From Candidatus Sumerlaeia bacterium (lineage in GTDB: Bacteria; Sumerlaeota; Sumerlaeia; SLMS01), in contig JBBQYG010000011.1 in NCBI GenBank assembly GCA_038208905.1, positions 1 through 44,030 on the forward strand: a stretch of DNA of 44,030 nucleotides, written 5' to 3'. How positions within the stretch are numbered: position 1 is the stretch's first letter; each line of letters opens with the position of its first letter. The notes under the pieces were generated by a model, which had not been told where the DNA came from, did not search any database, and saw only the letters and a list, made by a program, of their open reading frames with translations. This document shows positions 7,958-16,937 of the stretch, in pieces. Both the position numbers and the translations under genes were made by a program.

Positions 7958-8640
7958 CCGGCGGCAATTCTTTCCAGCGTGTTCACCACGGGAGTCTCAG
8001 GTCCAACACCGAACTCTAGCAGGCGATCGCGCAATGCGGCGGCGCTCTGCGCCTCCAGCCGAATGCCGCGGCCCAGCAGGAATTTGATCGGCGAGACATC
8101 GACCTCGCTCGGGTCGAGCACTCCTACGAATCGTTCGTGATACGCGGCGTCGAGAGCGGCGATGGCGGCATCGGGATTGTCGCCGAGCGCATGGGCAACT
8201 CCGCGAAGTCCCAGCCATTCGTGTTCCAGCGCGGGATTGCTTGCGGAAACGGCATCCAGCCACTCGGAAGGAATATCGAGCAGCTCAAGCGCGGCGGCGG
8301 AGTCCTCGCCAAACGTGAGATAATAGCGAGCGAGCAGTCGCCGCGACGACAGGTTATCGGGCACCTCGTCGATGGACTTCGCGAGGAACTCCTCCATCAG
8401 GGCAAAACGCTCGCGCGCACCGGCGACGTCATCCGCGCGCAGCGCCTCTGCAGCCGACACCTGATGCATCATGCCGAGCCAGTGATAGGCTTCCGAGCGA
8501 TCCGCTGCCGTGGGCATTTCAGGCATTGCGGCCTCAATCAGCGCGATGGCCTGGGGATAGAACTCGTGCGGAGGGCGCGAGAAAAGAGGATCGAGCCGCT
8601 CCCGCAGAAACGTATCAAAGGTTTCGGCGCGCTCACCCAC
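7954..8640 (-). CDS. Hypothetical all-helical (TPR-like) protein
   Basis: GTG start overlapping the proC 3' end. Helical repeats such as AYHWLGMMH and LRGVAHALGDNPDAAIAAL. Confidence 0.65.
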   Translation of the reverse strand: MGERAETFDTFLRERLDPLFSRPPHEFYPQAIALIEAAMPEMPTAADRSEAYHWLGMMHQVSAAEALRADDVAGARERFALMEEFLAKSIDEVPDNLSSRRLLARYYLTFGEDSAAALELLDIPSEWLDAVSASNPALEHEWLGLRGVAHALGDNPDAAIAALDAAYHERFVGVLDPSEVDVSPIKFLLGRGIRLEAQSAAALRDRLLEFGVGPETPVVNTLERIAAG

Positions 8641-9454
8641 CGGACAACTCCTCCCCGCGCCGCGTCGCCGCCTTCACGCAGTCGATATACGCATTCTTCA
8701 CTTCGCGCGATTCCAGCACGGCGATTCCCGCCGCCGTGGTTCCGCCGGGCGATGTGACGGCGCGGCGCAGCTCGGCGGGGCTCTTGTCGGATTGGCTGGC
8801 AAGTGTCGCCGAGCCGAGGACCATCTGGATCACCATCTTGCGCGCATCCTCCTCGGCAAAGCCGACTGCAATTCCGGCGTCGATCAGGGACTCGATGAGA
8901 TGAAAGACGTAGGCGGGGCCACTCCCCGTGAGGGCCGTGACGGCGTCCATCATCGATTCTGGCATGGTTGTCACGGTGCCGATGGCCTCGAAAATGCGGC
9001 GCGGGAAATCGAGATCCTCCAGCCGCGCGTGGAGCCCGAGGCTGACCCCGGCGACGCCAAGGCCGATGAGCGCGGGGGTGTTGGGCATCACGCGGACGAC
9101 GCGCGGCATCGGATTGGCCGGATTGCGTAGCCCCTCCTCGATTCGCGACGTGCGCGTGCCGGCGCAGATGCTGAGGAAGAGGTGCTCGCCCTGCGATTCA
9201 GGGGCGATTTCGGCAAGCACCTCACCCATCGTCTGGGGCTTGACGGCAAAGAGAACCACCTCCGACCGGCGGACAAGTTCGCGGTTGGACTCGATGGCCT
9301 TCACGCCGTAGCGCTCGACGAGGAACGCGCGGCGCGTATCCGAAATGTCGGTGACGAGGATATCCTCCGGAGGCAGGATGACGCCGCGAATCACGCCGCC
9401 GATAATGGCCTCGGCCATATTGCCGCCGCCGATGAAACCGAGTTTTGCACTCAT
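8633..9454 (-). CDS. proC: Pyrroline-5-carboxylate reductase
   Basis: GFIGGGNMAEAI, LFAVKPQ, VRVMPNTP, TALTGSGPAY, VTSPGGTT. Confidence 0.97.
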   Translation of the reverse strand: MSAKLGFIGGGNMAEAIIGGVIRGVILPPEDILVTDISDTRRAFLVERYGVKAIESNRELVRRSEVVLFAVKPQTMGEVLAEIAPESQGEHLFLSICAGTRTSRIEEGLRNPANPMPRVVRVMPNTPALIGLGVAGVSLGLHARLEDLDFPRRIFEAIGTVTTMPESMMDAVTALTGSGPAYVFHLIESLIDAGIAVGFAEEDARKMVIQMVLGSATLASQSDKSPAELRRAVTSPGGTTAAGIAVLESREVKNAYIDCVKAATRRGEELSGG

Positions 9455-9484
9455 GATCGCTTGGTTCCTTCCGACTGGTGTGGG

Positions 9485-10228
9485 TTACTTGCCGGTGCCG
9501 AGGGGGCGAATCTCGTAGCTGCTCACAAGCGTTCCCGCAGGCGCCGAGAGCGCGTGGAGCACCGCCTCCGCGATGGTCTCGGGTTCCAGCATCCATGACT
9601 GATCGTTATGGTGGCCGGAGGGAAGCGCGACGCGATGAAAGCCTGTCTCCACGGAACCCGGAGCGATCAGTGTGGTGCGGATCGAATGTTCGCGAAGGTC
9701 GTGCATCAGTGCCTCGGTCATCGCGCGGAGTCCTGCCTTGGCGGCGCAGTAGGCGCTGCCGCGCTTGAAGGCCGCGGTGCCTGCAATCGAGCCGATATTG
9801 ACGATGTCGCCACCGCCAAGGCGCTTCATGTGTGGAATCGCGAGGCGCGCCATGTACCACGGGCCCTTGAGGTTGATGTCGATCTGGCGGTCGAAGTCCT
9901 CCACCGCCATTGCGTCGACTTCCCTGAAGATTCCGAGCCCCGCGTTGTTGACGAGAATCGCGGGGGGGCCAGCGAGTTCGAGCGCGCGCGCGGCGAATGC
10001 TTCCGCGCTGGCCCAGCTGGCAACGTCGAGGGCAACGGCGTGGGCCTTGCCACCCGCGGAGGCGATGACTTCCGCCGCCTGACGCAGCGACTCTTCCGAA
10101 CGCGCGCCGAGCACGACCTCGGCCCCGGCCTCGGCCAGGATCGTGGCAACGGCACGGCCGATCCCGCGCGAGGCGCCGGTGATCCAGGCGGTCTTTCCTT
10201 CCAGAATGCGCTGGCGCTTGGCTTCCAT
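9485..10228 (-). CDS. Short-chain dehydrogenase/reductase (SDR)
   Basis: ITGASRGIG, LVNNAG and catalytic YCAAK. Start moved to MEAKRQ at 10228. Confidence 0.93.
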   Translation of the reverse strand: MEAKRQRILEGKTAWITGASRGIGRAVATILAEAGAEVVLGARSEESLRQAAEVIASAGGKAHAVALDVASWASAEAFAARALELAGPPAILVNNAGLGIFREVDAMAVEDFDRQIDINLKGPWYMARLAIPHMKRLGGGDIVNIGSIAGTAAFKRGSAYCAAKAGLRAMTEALMHDLREHSIRTTLIAPGSVETGFHRVALPSGHHNDQSWMLEPETIAEAVLHALSAPAGTLVSSYEIRPLGTGK

Positions 10229-10342
10229 GCTTTGCGGGCCTTTCGTGGCGCGACACTGCTCATCGCCGCGACCGATTCCCGACTGGACCACGCTGCTGTT
10301 GATGGCGGCAAGCGTCCTGTTGGCGCAGACTTGTATGGCGCG

Positions 10343-10747
10343 CTAGGCTGGCTTCTCGATCAGGCGCTGTTCCCGAGCCACCTTGACCAGTTCGCCGATG
10401 ATCGCCACCTGCTTGGTGGAGAGGCGGAAGTATTCAGGTCCAAAGTGCGTCACCACGTCATGGATCACTTCGGGAAGGCTCTTGTTGAAAACCTTCACCA
10501 GCAGATCGAGGAAATCCGAAGGCCTGTTCCCGGCGCAGTTCACGTGCTTGCAGTGGTAGGTGTTGTTGCGCGGATTCAGCACGAGCGTCCGGAAAACCGA
10601 GTCCTGGTGGATCGGGCAGTGGACGAGATATACATCGCCGGAACGGACCATTTTATCCGGCTTCCATCCGATGTATTGGACAAGCTTCTGGATCTCGAAT
10701 CCCGAATTGATCTGCGCGCAAATCGCGGAGTAGGCGCCCTCGTTCAC
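10343..10747 (-). CDS. Stand-alone CHC2 (primase-type) zinc-finger protein, ~134 aa
   Basis: CPIHQD...YHCKHVNC zinc ligands. GTG start 2 nt after the PfkB stop, with AAGGGGGGA upstream. Confidence 0.75.
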   Translation of the reverse strand: MNEGAYSAICAQINSGFEIQKLVQYIGWKPDKMVRSGDVYLVHCPIHQDSVFRTLVLNPRNNTYHCKHVNCAGNRPSDFLDLLVKVFNKSLPEVIHDVVTHFGPEYFRLSTKQVAIIGELVKVAREQRLIEKPA

Positions 10748-10749
10748 CG

Positions 10750-11922
10750 TCAGTCCCCCCTTGCCGGTATTGGTCCCAACCACGGGTCCAGAGTCCCCCC
10801 CGCCCACCGCGCCGCGAAGGCAACGATCTCGGGTGCGGAGGGGCCGCGCCCCTCGCGCACGTAGAAACCCGATACGCACTTGCCAATGATCGTGGCGTTG
10901 GCGGGGCTAAGACCCAACAGCCGGGCAAACATGTATCCGCCGTTGAAGTGGTCCCCCGCGCCGGTAGTCAGGCGCGGTGCGGCGCAGTATGGCCCGGGCG
11001 TGGAACCCTCGCCCTCCGCGCGGCTCCACGCTGCGGCGAGGCGGGTCGGGTGGATCACGACCTCCGTGGCGCCCATGGCGCCGGCGATGCGCCGCGCCCG
11101 GTCGATCAGGGCCGCCGCGTCGTCTGCGCCGGTTGGCAGATCGAGCGCCGAGCAGACGGAGAGCGACTCCTTCTCGTTCAGCCCCAGTACCACGTTCGGC
11201 GCGTGGGCAGCGAAGGCTCCGATGACGTCGAGCGCGCGGACGAGGTCCTCGCGCGTGCGTTTCTCTGGATCGCAAAGATCGAAGAAGAAAAACCGAGGCA
11301 CGTCGCCACCCAGCTCGGGGAGGCGGGTGAGTACTCCCTCGAACACATCCGTCAGGTACGGCAGCATCGTCCAGTTGATCAGTGCCACCAGGTCGGCGTC
11401 GCGGAGACTGGCGTCCAGCGCGTCAAGCCCACCCATCCGCGCCGTCAGGTTGTCCCAGGTGATGTCCTTCAGGGACTGGTGCTTGCCGTGCATGATCTTG
11501 CCGTCCTCGAACTCCGCGGCAAGCGTCTGGGCGGCGGGGGCGACGGGGACAACCTCGCCGTATTCCTTCAAGTGGGCGAAAATAGGATCGAGCAGGGGCC
11601 AGCCAACCGCGCCAACGTACTTCACGTATCCGCCAAGGCGACCGAATGCCTCGCTCATCAGGGGGCCGTTGCCGCCGCTCTTTACCTCGCGGACTACGAA
11701 CTCGACATTGGTGGACTTCCCGGCGGCACCGGCAAGGCGCGCCGCGTAGTCGGTGATCGTTCGGATCGGATCGTAGCGCGTGGCATCGTAACGCGTATCC
11801 ACCACTTGGATAATCTCGTCCACAAAGCCATCCGGCCCGGCGAAGATTCGGGGCCGCGGGCGCGACGCCACGGCAAGGGCGAGAAGTTCGGCGGCGTTGC
11901 GGACACTTTCAGGGTTGAACAT
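10750..11922 (-). CDS. PfkB/ribokinase-family carbohydrate kinase
   Basis: GGNG motif near the N-terminus, GLNEKE, and the C-terminal TTGAGDHFNGG signature. Confidence 0.88.
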   Translation of the reverse strand: MFNPESVRNAAELLALAVASRPRPRIFAGPDGFVDEIIQVVDTRYDATRYDPIRTITDYAARLAGAAGKSTNVEFVVREVKSGGNGPLMSEAFGRLGGYVKYVGAVGWPLLDPIFAHLKEYGEVVPVAPAAQTLAAEFEDGKIMHGKHQSLKDITWDNLTARMGGLDALDASLRDADLVALINWTMLPYLTDVFEGVLTRLPELGGDVPRFFFFDLCDPEKRTREDLVRALDVIGAFAAHAPNVVLGLNEKESLSVCSALDLPTGADDAAALIDRARRIAGAMGATEVVIHPTRLAAAWSRAEGEGSTPGPYCAAPRLTTGAGDHFNGGYMFARLLGLSPANATIIGKCVSGFYVREGRGPSAPEIVAFAARWAGGTLDPWLGPIPARGD

Positions 11923-11928
11923 CTGGGG

Positions 11929-11959
11929 GACTCCAGTTGATGGTCCTTCAACTTGAGTC
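11929..11959 (-). promoter_or_regulatory. Hairpin or palindrome overlapping the RBS of the PfkB gene
   Basis: Minus strand GACTC-A-AGTTGA-AGGACCA-TCAACT-G-GAGTC, ending 6 nt before the ATG. The GGAG Shine-Dalgarno lies in the 3' arm. Confidence 0.45.
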
Positions 11960-12097
11960 GGAGATTATCGAGCCGGGCAAGGGATTCCCCAACAGGGCCA
12001 AACATCGGTCAGCGCAAATGAAAGCCGCGGGATTGGAAAAATCCGGACTTCCGATGCTCTTGCACTTGTGTCGAAACCAACTTCTGGAGATTGCGCG

Positions 12098-12703
12098 ATG
12101 CGCGGATTGATGACTTTGCTATCGTTTCTTGCCGTGATGCCCACCTCGATGGCCCTGGCCTTGGATGACTTCGAGGACGGCACGACCCAAGATTGGGTTA
12201 GCGGCGGCTCGCACCCCAGCCCGCCGTCCAACGTTGCGAACGACGGTCCTTTGGGTGCGGGGGATAACTATCTGCGCGTCCAGGCGACGGGCTCCGGCGC
12301 GGGCGGAAAGCTGGTGTTCTTCAAGTCCGTATCGCCCTGGGCTGGCAACTGGACCTCGTCCGGCTACACCGAGGTCCGCGCCAACGTGGCAAACTTTGGC
12401 TCAACAACCCTCAGCCTCCGCCTGGCGGCGGAAGGACCCGGGGGGTGGTGGTCCACATCGCCCGTGACGGTATCGCCGGGAACGTGGCAGCCCATTGTGT
12501 TCAATGTGACACCGGGGAACTTCTCCGCGGCGAACGGCGGCCTTAGCACCAATCTGACATCGACCTTGGCGGCCGTTGGAACCGTGCGAATCGTCCATGG
12601 ATTGACGTCCGATTTCAGGGGCGACAATGTCGTGGCGGACACCGGGTTCGATGGCCTGGAACTGGTGGCAACCTCCTCTGCGAAAGATTGGCTCCTCTAC
12701 TAG
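12098..12703 (+). CDS. Secreted beta-rich protein with C-terminal SSAKDWLLY tail, 201 aa
   Basis: GGAGA RBS then ATG at 12098. Signal peptide ending ALA-LDDFEDG. Gly/Ser/Thr/Trp-rich extracellular-type domain. Confidence 0.85.
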   Translation: MRGLMTLLSFLAVMPTSMALALDDFEDGTTQDWVSGGSHPSPPSNVANDGPLGAGDNYLRVQATGSGAGGKLVFFKSVSPWAGNWTSSGYTEVRANVANFGSTTLSLRLAAEGPGGWWSTSPVTVSPGTWQPIVFNVTPGNFSAANGGLSTNLTSTLAAVGTVRIVHGLTSDFRGDNVVADTGFDGLELVATSSAKDWLLY

Positions 12704-12821
12704 CAGGCGGCAATCGGCTTGCCACGACGGTTGTCGGCGCTAGGATTCCGCACCATGCTTCGGGTGACGGACGCCCGGCGTCCGGGCGTGGAATCGCAAT
12801 TAGCGGCGCGGAGACGGATCG

Positions 12822-14384
12822 ATGGCGAAGTACCGCATCATGGTGGTGGACGACGACGCGGACGTGCGCTTCGTGGTGACCACGTTGCTGGGTACCGAGT
12901 TTGAAACGGTGCAGGCCCAGAATGGCCTGGACGCGATCGAGAAGATCGAGCGCAGCCAGCCGGACCTGTTGCTGGTGGACATCACGATGCCGATCATGAA
13001 CGGCATCTCCTGCTGCCGCTCGATCCAGAAGAATCCGGCATTCAGCAAGGTTCCCGTTTTCTTCCTGACGGCGTGCTCCGCCAAGGAAGTCCGAGAAGAG
13101 GCGATGTCCGTCGGCGGGCGGGACTACATCGAGAAGCCCTTCAACAGCGCCCACCTGATCGACCGCATCCAGGCGTTCTTCGAGAAGGAAAAGACCCCGC
13201 TCGTTCCGAAACTCTTCACGGTCGAGGAAGTCGCCCGGATCGATGCCACGCCCTTGGGCGCGGCGGACGGCGACGAGCCCGACGAACCACCGCAATCCGC
13301 GCCCTCCGCCCCGCAATTCGGCGGAATGGAAACCGAGCGGCTGAGCGGTGGGAAGAAGCGCCTCCATCGCGTTTTCGGTAAGCAGAAGGAAGACCCAAGG
13401 CCCGCCGAGCCCGAGCCGCCGCGCGCCGCGCCCAAGCCCGCCCCCGACGATACAGGCGTTCCGCTCCCTCCGCCTCCCACGCCCGACTATGGACGCATTT
13501 CCAAGGAATTCGTCCGCAAGCCTGTCATCTACGGTCGCCCGAAAGGCGCCGAACCCGAACAACCAAAACCCGCTGCCAAGCCGACCCCGCCTCCGTCGAT
13601 TGCCGCGAAGCCCCCCGCTCCTGTGCCGACGCCGCCCGTTGAACGGACGCCCCCGGCGCAGAAGCCAGTGACCGCGCCTCCACCGGTCGCCCAGCCTGCG
13701 GCGGCGAAGGAACCGAGTGCCGCGGACATCCTGGCCCAGCGCCGCATGACGGCCTTGGGAAAGCAGAAATCAGGCGCCGCCGTGAAGCCCCGCGTCCTTG
13801 TGGTGATCGACCATCCCCAGCAGCTCGAAATCTGCCACAGCGCCATGAAGGGAATCGCGGAATTCCTCCCGCTCGAGGATCCCGTGGACGCGGTGGAATT
13901 GATCGCGCGCTTTCAGCCCGACATCGTGATGGCGGGCATCAAGGAGGAGCGCTACTCGGGCCTGCAACTGGCCCAGATGATGAAGTCCAACGCGCGCCTC
14001 TCTCACATAGAGACCGTCTTCGTTCAAGGACCCTCGGTGGAATCGAAGCACCTCGCCGCGGCGCGAAACCTGTCGCGCAACACGGTGGTAAAGCCTCCCT
14101 TCCGCGAGGAGGACATCCGCTCCGCCGTTCGCGAGGTGATGGCGCGCCCGGGGTTCAAGGTCCGGGAGAAGGCCCTGGGCTATGGCGTGTATGTCAGCGA
14201 AGTCATCAAGGCCGCCGAGGCGGAGCGCATGAAGGGAAACAAGGAGCGGGAACGGCGCTCCTTCATGGACCAGCATGTCTCCCTCGCGAAGTTCATGGCG
14301 ACGGAGCTTAAGGATTACCGGGAGCCCGCTGGCTACGACGAGATGAAGGGGATCGGCGCCAAGGTCCACAGCGTGGGCGACTAG
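12822..14384 (+). CDS. Response regulator: intact receiver, Pro-rich linker, degenerate receiver, charged C-terminal helix
   Basis: VVDDD, PDLLLVDITMP and YIEKPF in the N-terminal domain. The second domain (RVLVVID, PDIVMAGI, KPPF) lacks the acceptor Asp. Confidence 0.88.
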   Translation: MAKYRIMVVDDDADVRFVVTTLLGTEFETVQAQNGLDAIEKIERSQPDLLLVDITMPIMNGISCCRSIQKNPAFSKVPVFFLTACSAKEVREEAMSVGGRDYIEKPFNSAHLIDRIQAFFEKEKTPLVPKLFTVEEVARIDATPLGAADGDEPDEPPQSAPSAPQFGGMETERLSGGKKRLHRVFGKQKEDPRPAEPEPPRAAPKPAPDDTGVPLPPPPTPDYGRISKEFVRKPVIYGRPKGAEPEQPKPAAKPTPPPSIAAKPPAPVPTPPVERTPPAQKPVTAPPPVAQPAAAKEPSAADILAQRRMTALGKQKSGAAVKPRVLVVIDHPQQLEICHSAMKGIAEFLPLEDPVDAVELIARFQPDIVMAGIKEERYSGLQLAQMMKSNARLSHIETVFVQGPSVESKHLAAARNLSRNTVVKPPFREEDIRSAVREVMARPGFKVREKALGYGVYVSEVIKAAEAERMKGNKERERRSFMDQHVSLAKFMATELKDYREPAGYDEMKGIGAKVHSVGD

Positions 14385-14546
14385 GCTGTGTTTGATAAAT
14401 GGCTTCGAGCTGGTCCGTTCAGCGAGAACGAGTCATGACGATGGCGCCGATGACGAGGCGATGTGGTTCACCGTGGGTGAATCGCGACGCGTCAGGGCGA
14501 AGGTTCGCAGCCATCGGAAAGCCGAATGCAATTGTCAAACACAGCC
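14384..14546. mobile_element. MITE-like element, 163 bp, TA target duplication
   Basis: Terminal inverted repeats GGCTGTGTTTGA(T/C)AA (14/15 match), flanked by TA at 14382-14383 and 14547-14548. No transposase ORF inside. Confidence 0.8.
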
Positions 14547-14558
14547 TAAAGTCCCGGG

Positions 14559-16880
14559 TCAGTGCTTGCTTTCGTCGCCAGGCTTTTCCGCCGTGGCCTC
14601 GGCCTGTGCCGGCGACACCGCCGATATGAAGAGATTCGAGAGCCGGTTTCCTCCGCCGTTGCGATGGGGGCGGTAGTTGCGCGCGGCGGGCTTGGCCGGT
14701 CGGAGAGGCGCGGGGGCGTCGGCGGCGTGGACGGTTATCTGGGCCGCGGCGAGCGGATCGGGAGTGGTGATCTTGCTTCGCAATTCCAACTCCACTTCCA
14801 TGAAGGCCTCCTGGGCGCGAAGGGTTGGCTCTCCGTCCTTTCGCGCGGCGCGTATATACGAACCGTCGGCCTGAAGGATGCGGCGCTTCACGTTGTCGCC
14901 GATGCTCGAATCCCAAACCTCGCGGACCGTGCGCTCCTTCAGGTCGGGCGCCTCGATGGGGAACACGGTTTCCACGCGCCGATCCAGATTGCGAGGCATC
15001 CAGTCGGCCGATGACAGGTAGACAGACTCGTCCTCGCCCTGGCCGAAGATCATGATGCGGGAGTGTTCCAGGAATCGATCCACGATGGAGGAGACGCGGA
15101 TGTTCTCCGACACGCCGGGGATGCCGGGGCGCAGGCAGCAGATGCCGCGGATGAGAAGGTCGATCTGCACTCCGGCGCGGCTGGCCTCGTAGAGCTTGCC
15201 GATGATCTCGGTGTCCACGACGGAGTTCATCTTGGCGCGGATGCGGCCTCCGGTGCCGGCGCGGGCGCGATCGATCTCGGCGTCGATCATGTCCAGGAAG
15301 AACTTCCGCATCTCGATCGGCGCGACGACCATCTTGAGCCAGTGGGGATTGTAGGAATAGCCGGTGAGGAGGTTGAACAGCTCCCCCGCATCGTCGCAAA
15401 GGTCGGGATCGCAGGTCAGCAATCCGAGGTCTGTGTAGACGCGCGCCGTGATGGGGTTATAGTTGCCGGTGGAGAGGTGGACATAGCGACGCAGACCGCC
15501 CTTCTCCTTGCGCACGACGAGGCAGATCTTGGAATGCGTCTTGAGCCCGACCAGTCCATAGACCACGTGAACGCCGGCGCGCTCCATCTCGCGCGCCCAG
15601 GTGATGTTGCGTTCCTCGTCGAAGCGCGCCTTCACCTCCATCAACGCGGCCACCTGCTTGCCGTTTGCCGCCGCCGCCATCAGAGCCTTGATAATCTTGG
15701 AATCGCCGGAGGTGCGGTACATCGTCTGCTTGATCGCGAGGACGTCGGGATCCTTGGCGGCCTTCTCGATAAAGTCGATGATCGTGGAGAAGGACTCGTA
15801 GGGATGGTGCAGCAGGATGTCGCGGCGAGCGATGGCGTCGAAGATGTTCTCCGCGCTGCGCAATGGCTCGCGGACAGTGGGCGTGAAGGGGGGGAACTTC
15901 AGCTCGGGGCGATCCACCAGGCCAGCGATCTGGGCTACTTCGGCCAAGTTCATGGGGCCACCCTGGCGATAGACCTGGACTTCCGAAACGCCCACGGTGG
16001 AGCGCAGGAGCGCCACCAATTCGTTGCTGGCGCGATCCTCCACGCCAAGGCGCACGGCACTGCCGCGCTCGCGTCGGCGGAGTTCCTGCTCCACGGTCTT
16101 GAGAAGGTCGTCGGCCTCCTCCTCGGCGAACTCGATGTCCGCGTCGCGCGTCAGGCGGAAGCCGCAAACCTCGATGACCTTCATCCCCGCGAAGAGGAGC
16201 TGGATCTCCTGGCAGATGATCTCCTCGAGCAGCACGAACTCGCACTGGTCCTCCCGGCTCGGAAGGCGCACGATACGGTCCAGCACCGTTGGCACCTGCA
16301 CCACGGCGAAGAGCGTCTCCTGATTGCGGCGGCGCCCGGGCTGCTGGAGCCGCACCGCCACGTTGAGCGAGAGATTCCGCAGGTGCGGAAACGGGTGCCC
16401 CGAATCCACCGCCAGCGGCGTGAGGACGGGAAACACTTCGCGGTCGAAATACGCGCGCACGAATTCCTTCTGGGAGCGACTAAGCGACTGGAACCGGCGG
16501 ACGTGAATGCCCTCCCGCTCCATCGCCGGCAGGACCATTGTCGTGAAGCACCTGAACATGCGGTCTACCTGCACATGGGCGCGCTCGTGGACGCGTGCAA
16601 AGTGCTCCTCGGGCGTGAAGCCCGCCGGGTTGCGCACGCGAACGTCGGCCTCCAATTGCTCCTGGATGCCGGAGACGCGGACCATGAAGAATTCGTCGAG
16701 ATTGGAGGACGCGATTCCGAGAAAGCGGAGTCGTTCGAGCAGCGGCGTCGATAGGTCCTCGGCTTCCTCGATCACCCGGTCGTTGAAGGCGAGCCAGGAT
16801 AGCTCGCGATCGATGAAGTAGGCGGGGTCGTGGAAGTCGGGCTTGCGCGTTGGGGCGGGGGGGTGGGTTTTCTTAGGCAT
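14559..16880 (-). CDS. ppk1: Polyphosphate kinase 1
   Basis: RELSWLAFNDRV, SNLDEFFMVRV, LLHHPYESF (phospho-His), GLKTHSK, STGNYN, DRFLEHSR, SADWMPRNLDRRVE. Start moved to MPKKTH at 16880. Confidence 0.97.
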   Translation of the reverse strand: MPKKTHPPAPTRKPDFHDPAYFIDRELSWLAFNDRVIEEAEDLSTPLLERLRFLGIASSNLDEFFMVRVSGIQEQLEADVRVRNPAGFTPEEHFARVHERAHVQVDRMFRCFTTMVLPAMEREGIHVRRFQSLSRSQKEFVRAYFDREVFPVLTPLAVDSGHPFPHLRNLSLNVAVRLQQPGRRRNQETLFAVVQVPTVLDRIVRLPSREDQCEFVLLEEIICQEIQLLFAGMKVIEVCGFRLTRDADIEFAEEEADDLLKTVEQELRRRERGSAVRLGVEDRASNELVALLRSTVGVSEVQVYRQGGPMNLAEVAQIAGLVDRPELKFPPFTPTVREPLRSAENIFDAIARRDILLHHPYESFSTIIDFIEKAAKDPDVLAIKQTMYRTSGDSKIIKALMAAAANGKQVAALMEVKARFDEERNITWAREMERAGVHVVYGLVGLKTHSKICLVVRKEKGGLRRYVHLSTGNYNPITARVYTDLGLLTCDPDLCDDAGELFNLLTGYSYNPHWLKMVVAPIEMRKFFLDMIDAEIDRARAGTGGRIRAKMNSVVDTEIIGKLYEASRAGVQIDLLIRGICCLRPGIPGVSENIRVSSIVDRFLEHSRIMIFGQGEDESVYLSSADWMPRNLDRRVETVFPIEAPDLKERTVREVWDSSIGDNVKRRILQADGSYIRAARKDGEPTLRAQEAFMEVELELRSKITTPDPLAAAQITVHAADAPAPLRPAKPAARNYRPHRNGGGNRLSNLFISAVSPAQAEATAEKPGDESKH

Positions 16881-16937
16881 GGGATTGATGGATTGTTGGC
16901 GGCAGCCCCGCCTCACTTGGCTAAGCTTGGAGAAAAC

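Noticed and set aside
12771-12789. Short GC palindrome ACGCCCGG-CGT-CCGGGCGT (and CTCCCGCGCGGGAG near 23517)
   Set aside because: No T-tract and no repeated copies in the window. Such stems are common by chance at this GC content.
14392-14676. Short ORFs overlapping the MITE
   Set aside because: No transposase or other motifs. Better explained as non-coding MITE sequence plus ppk1 antisense.
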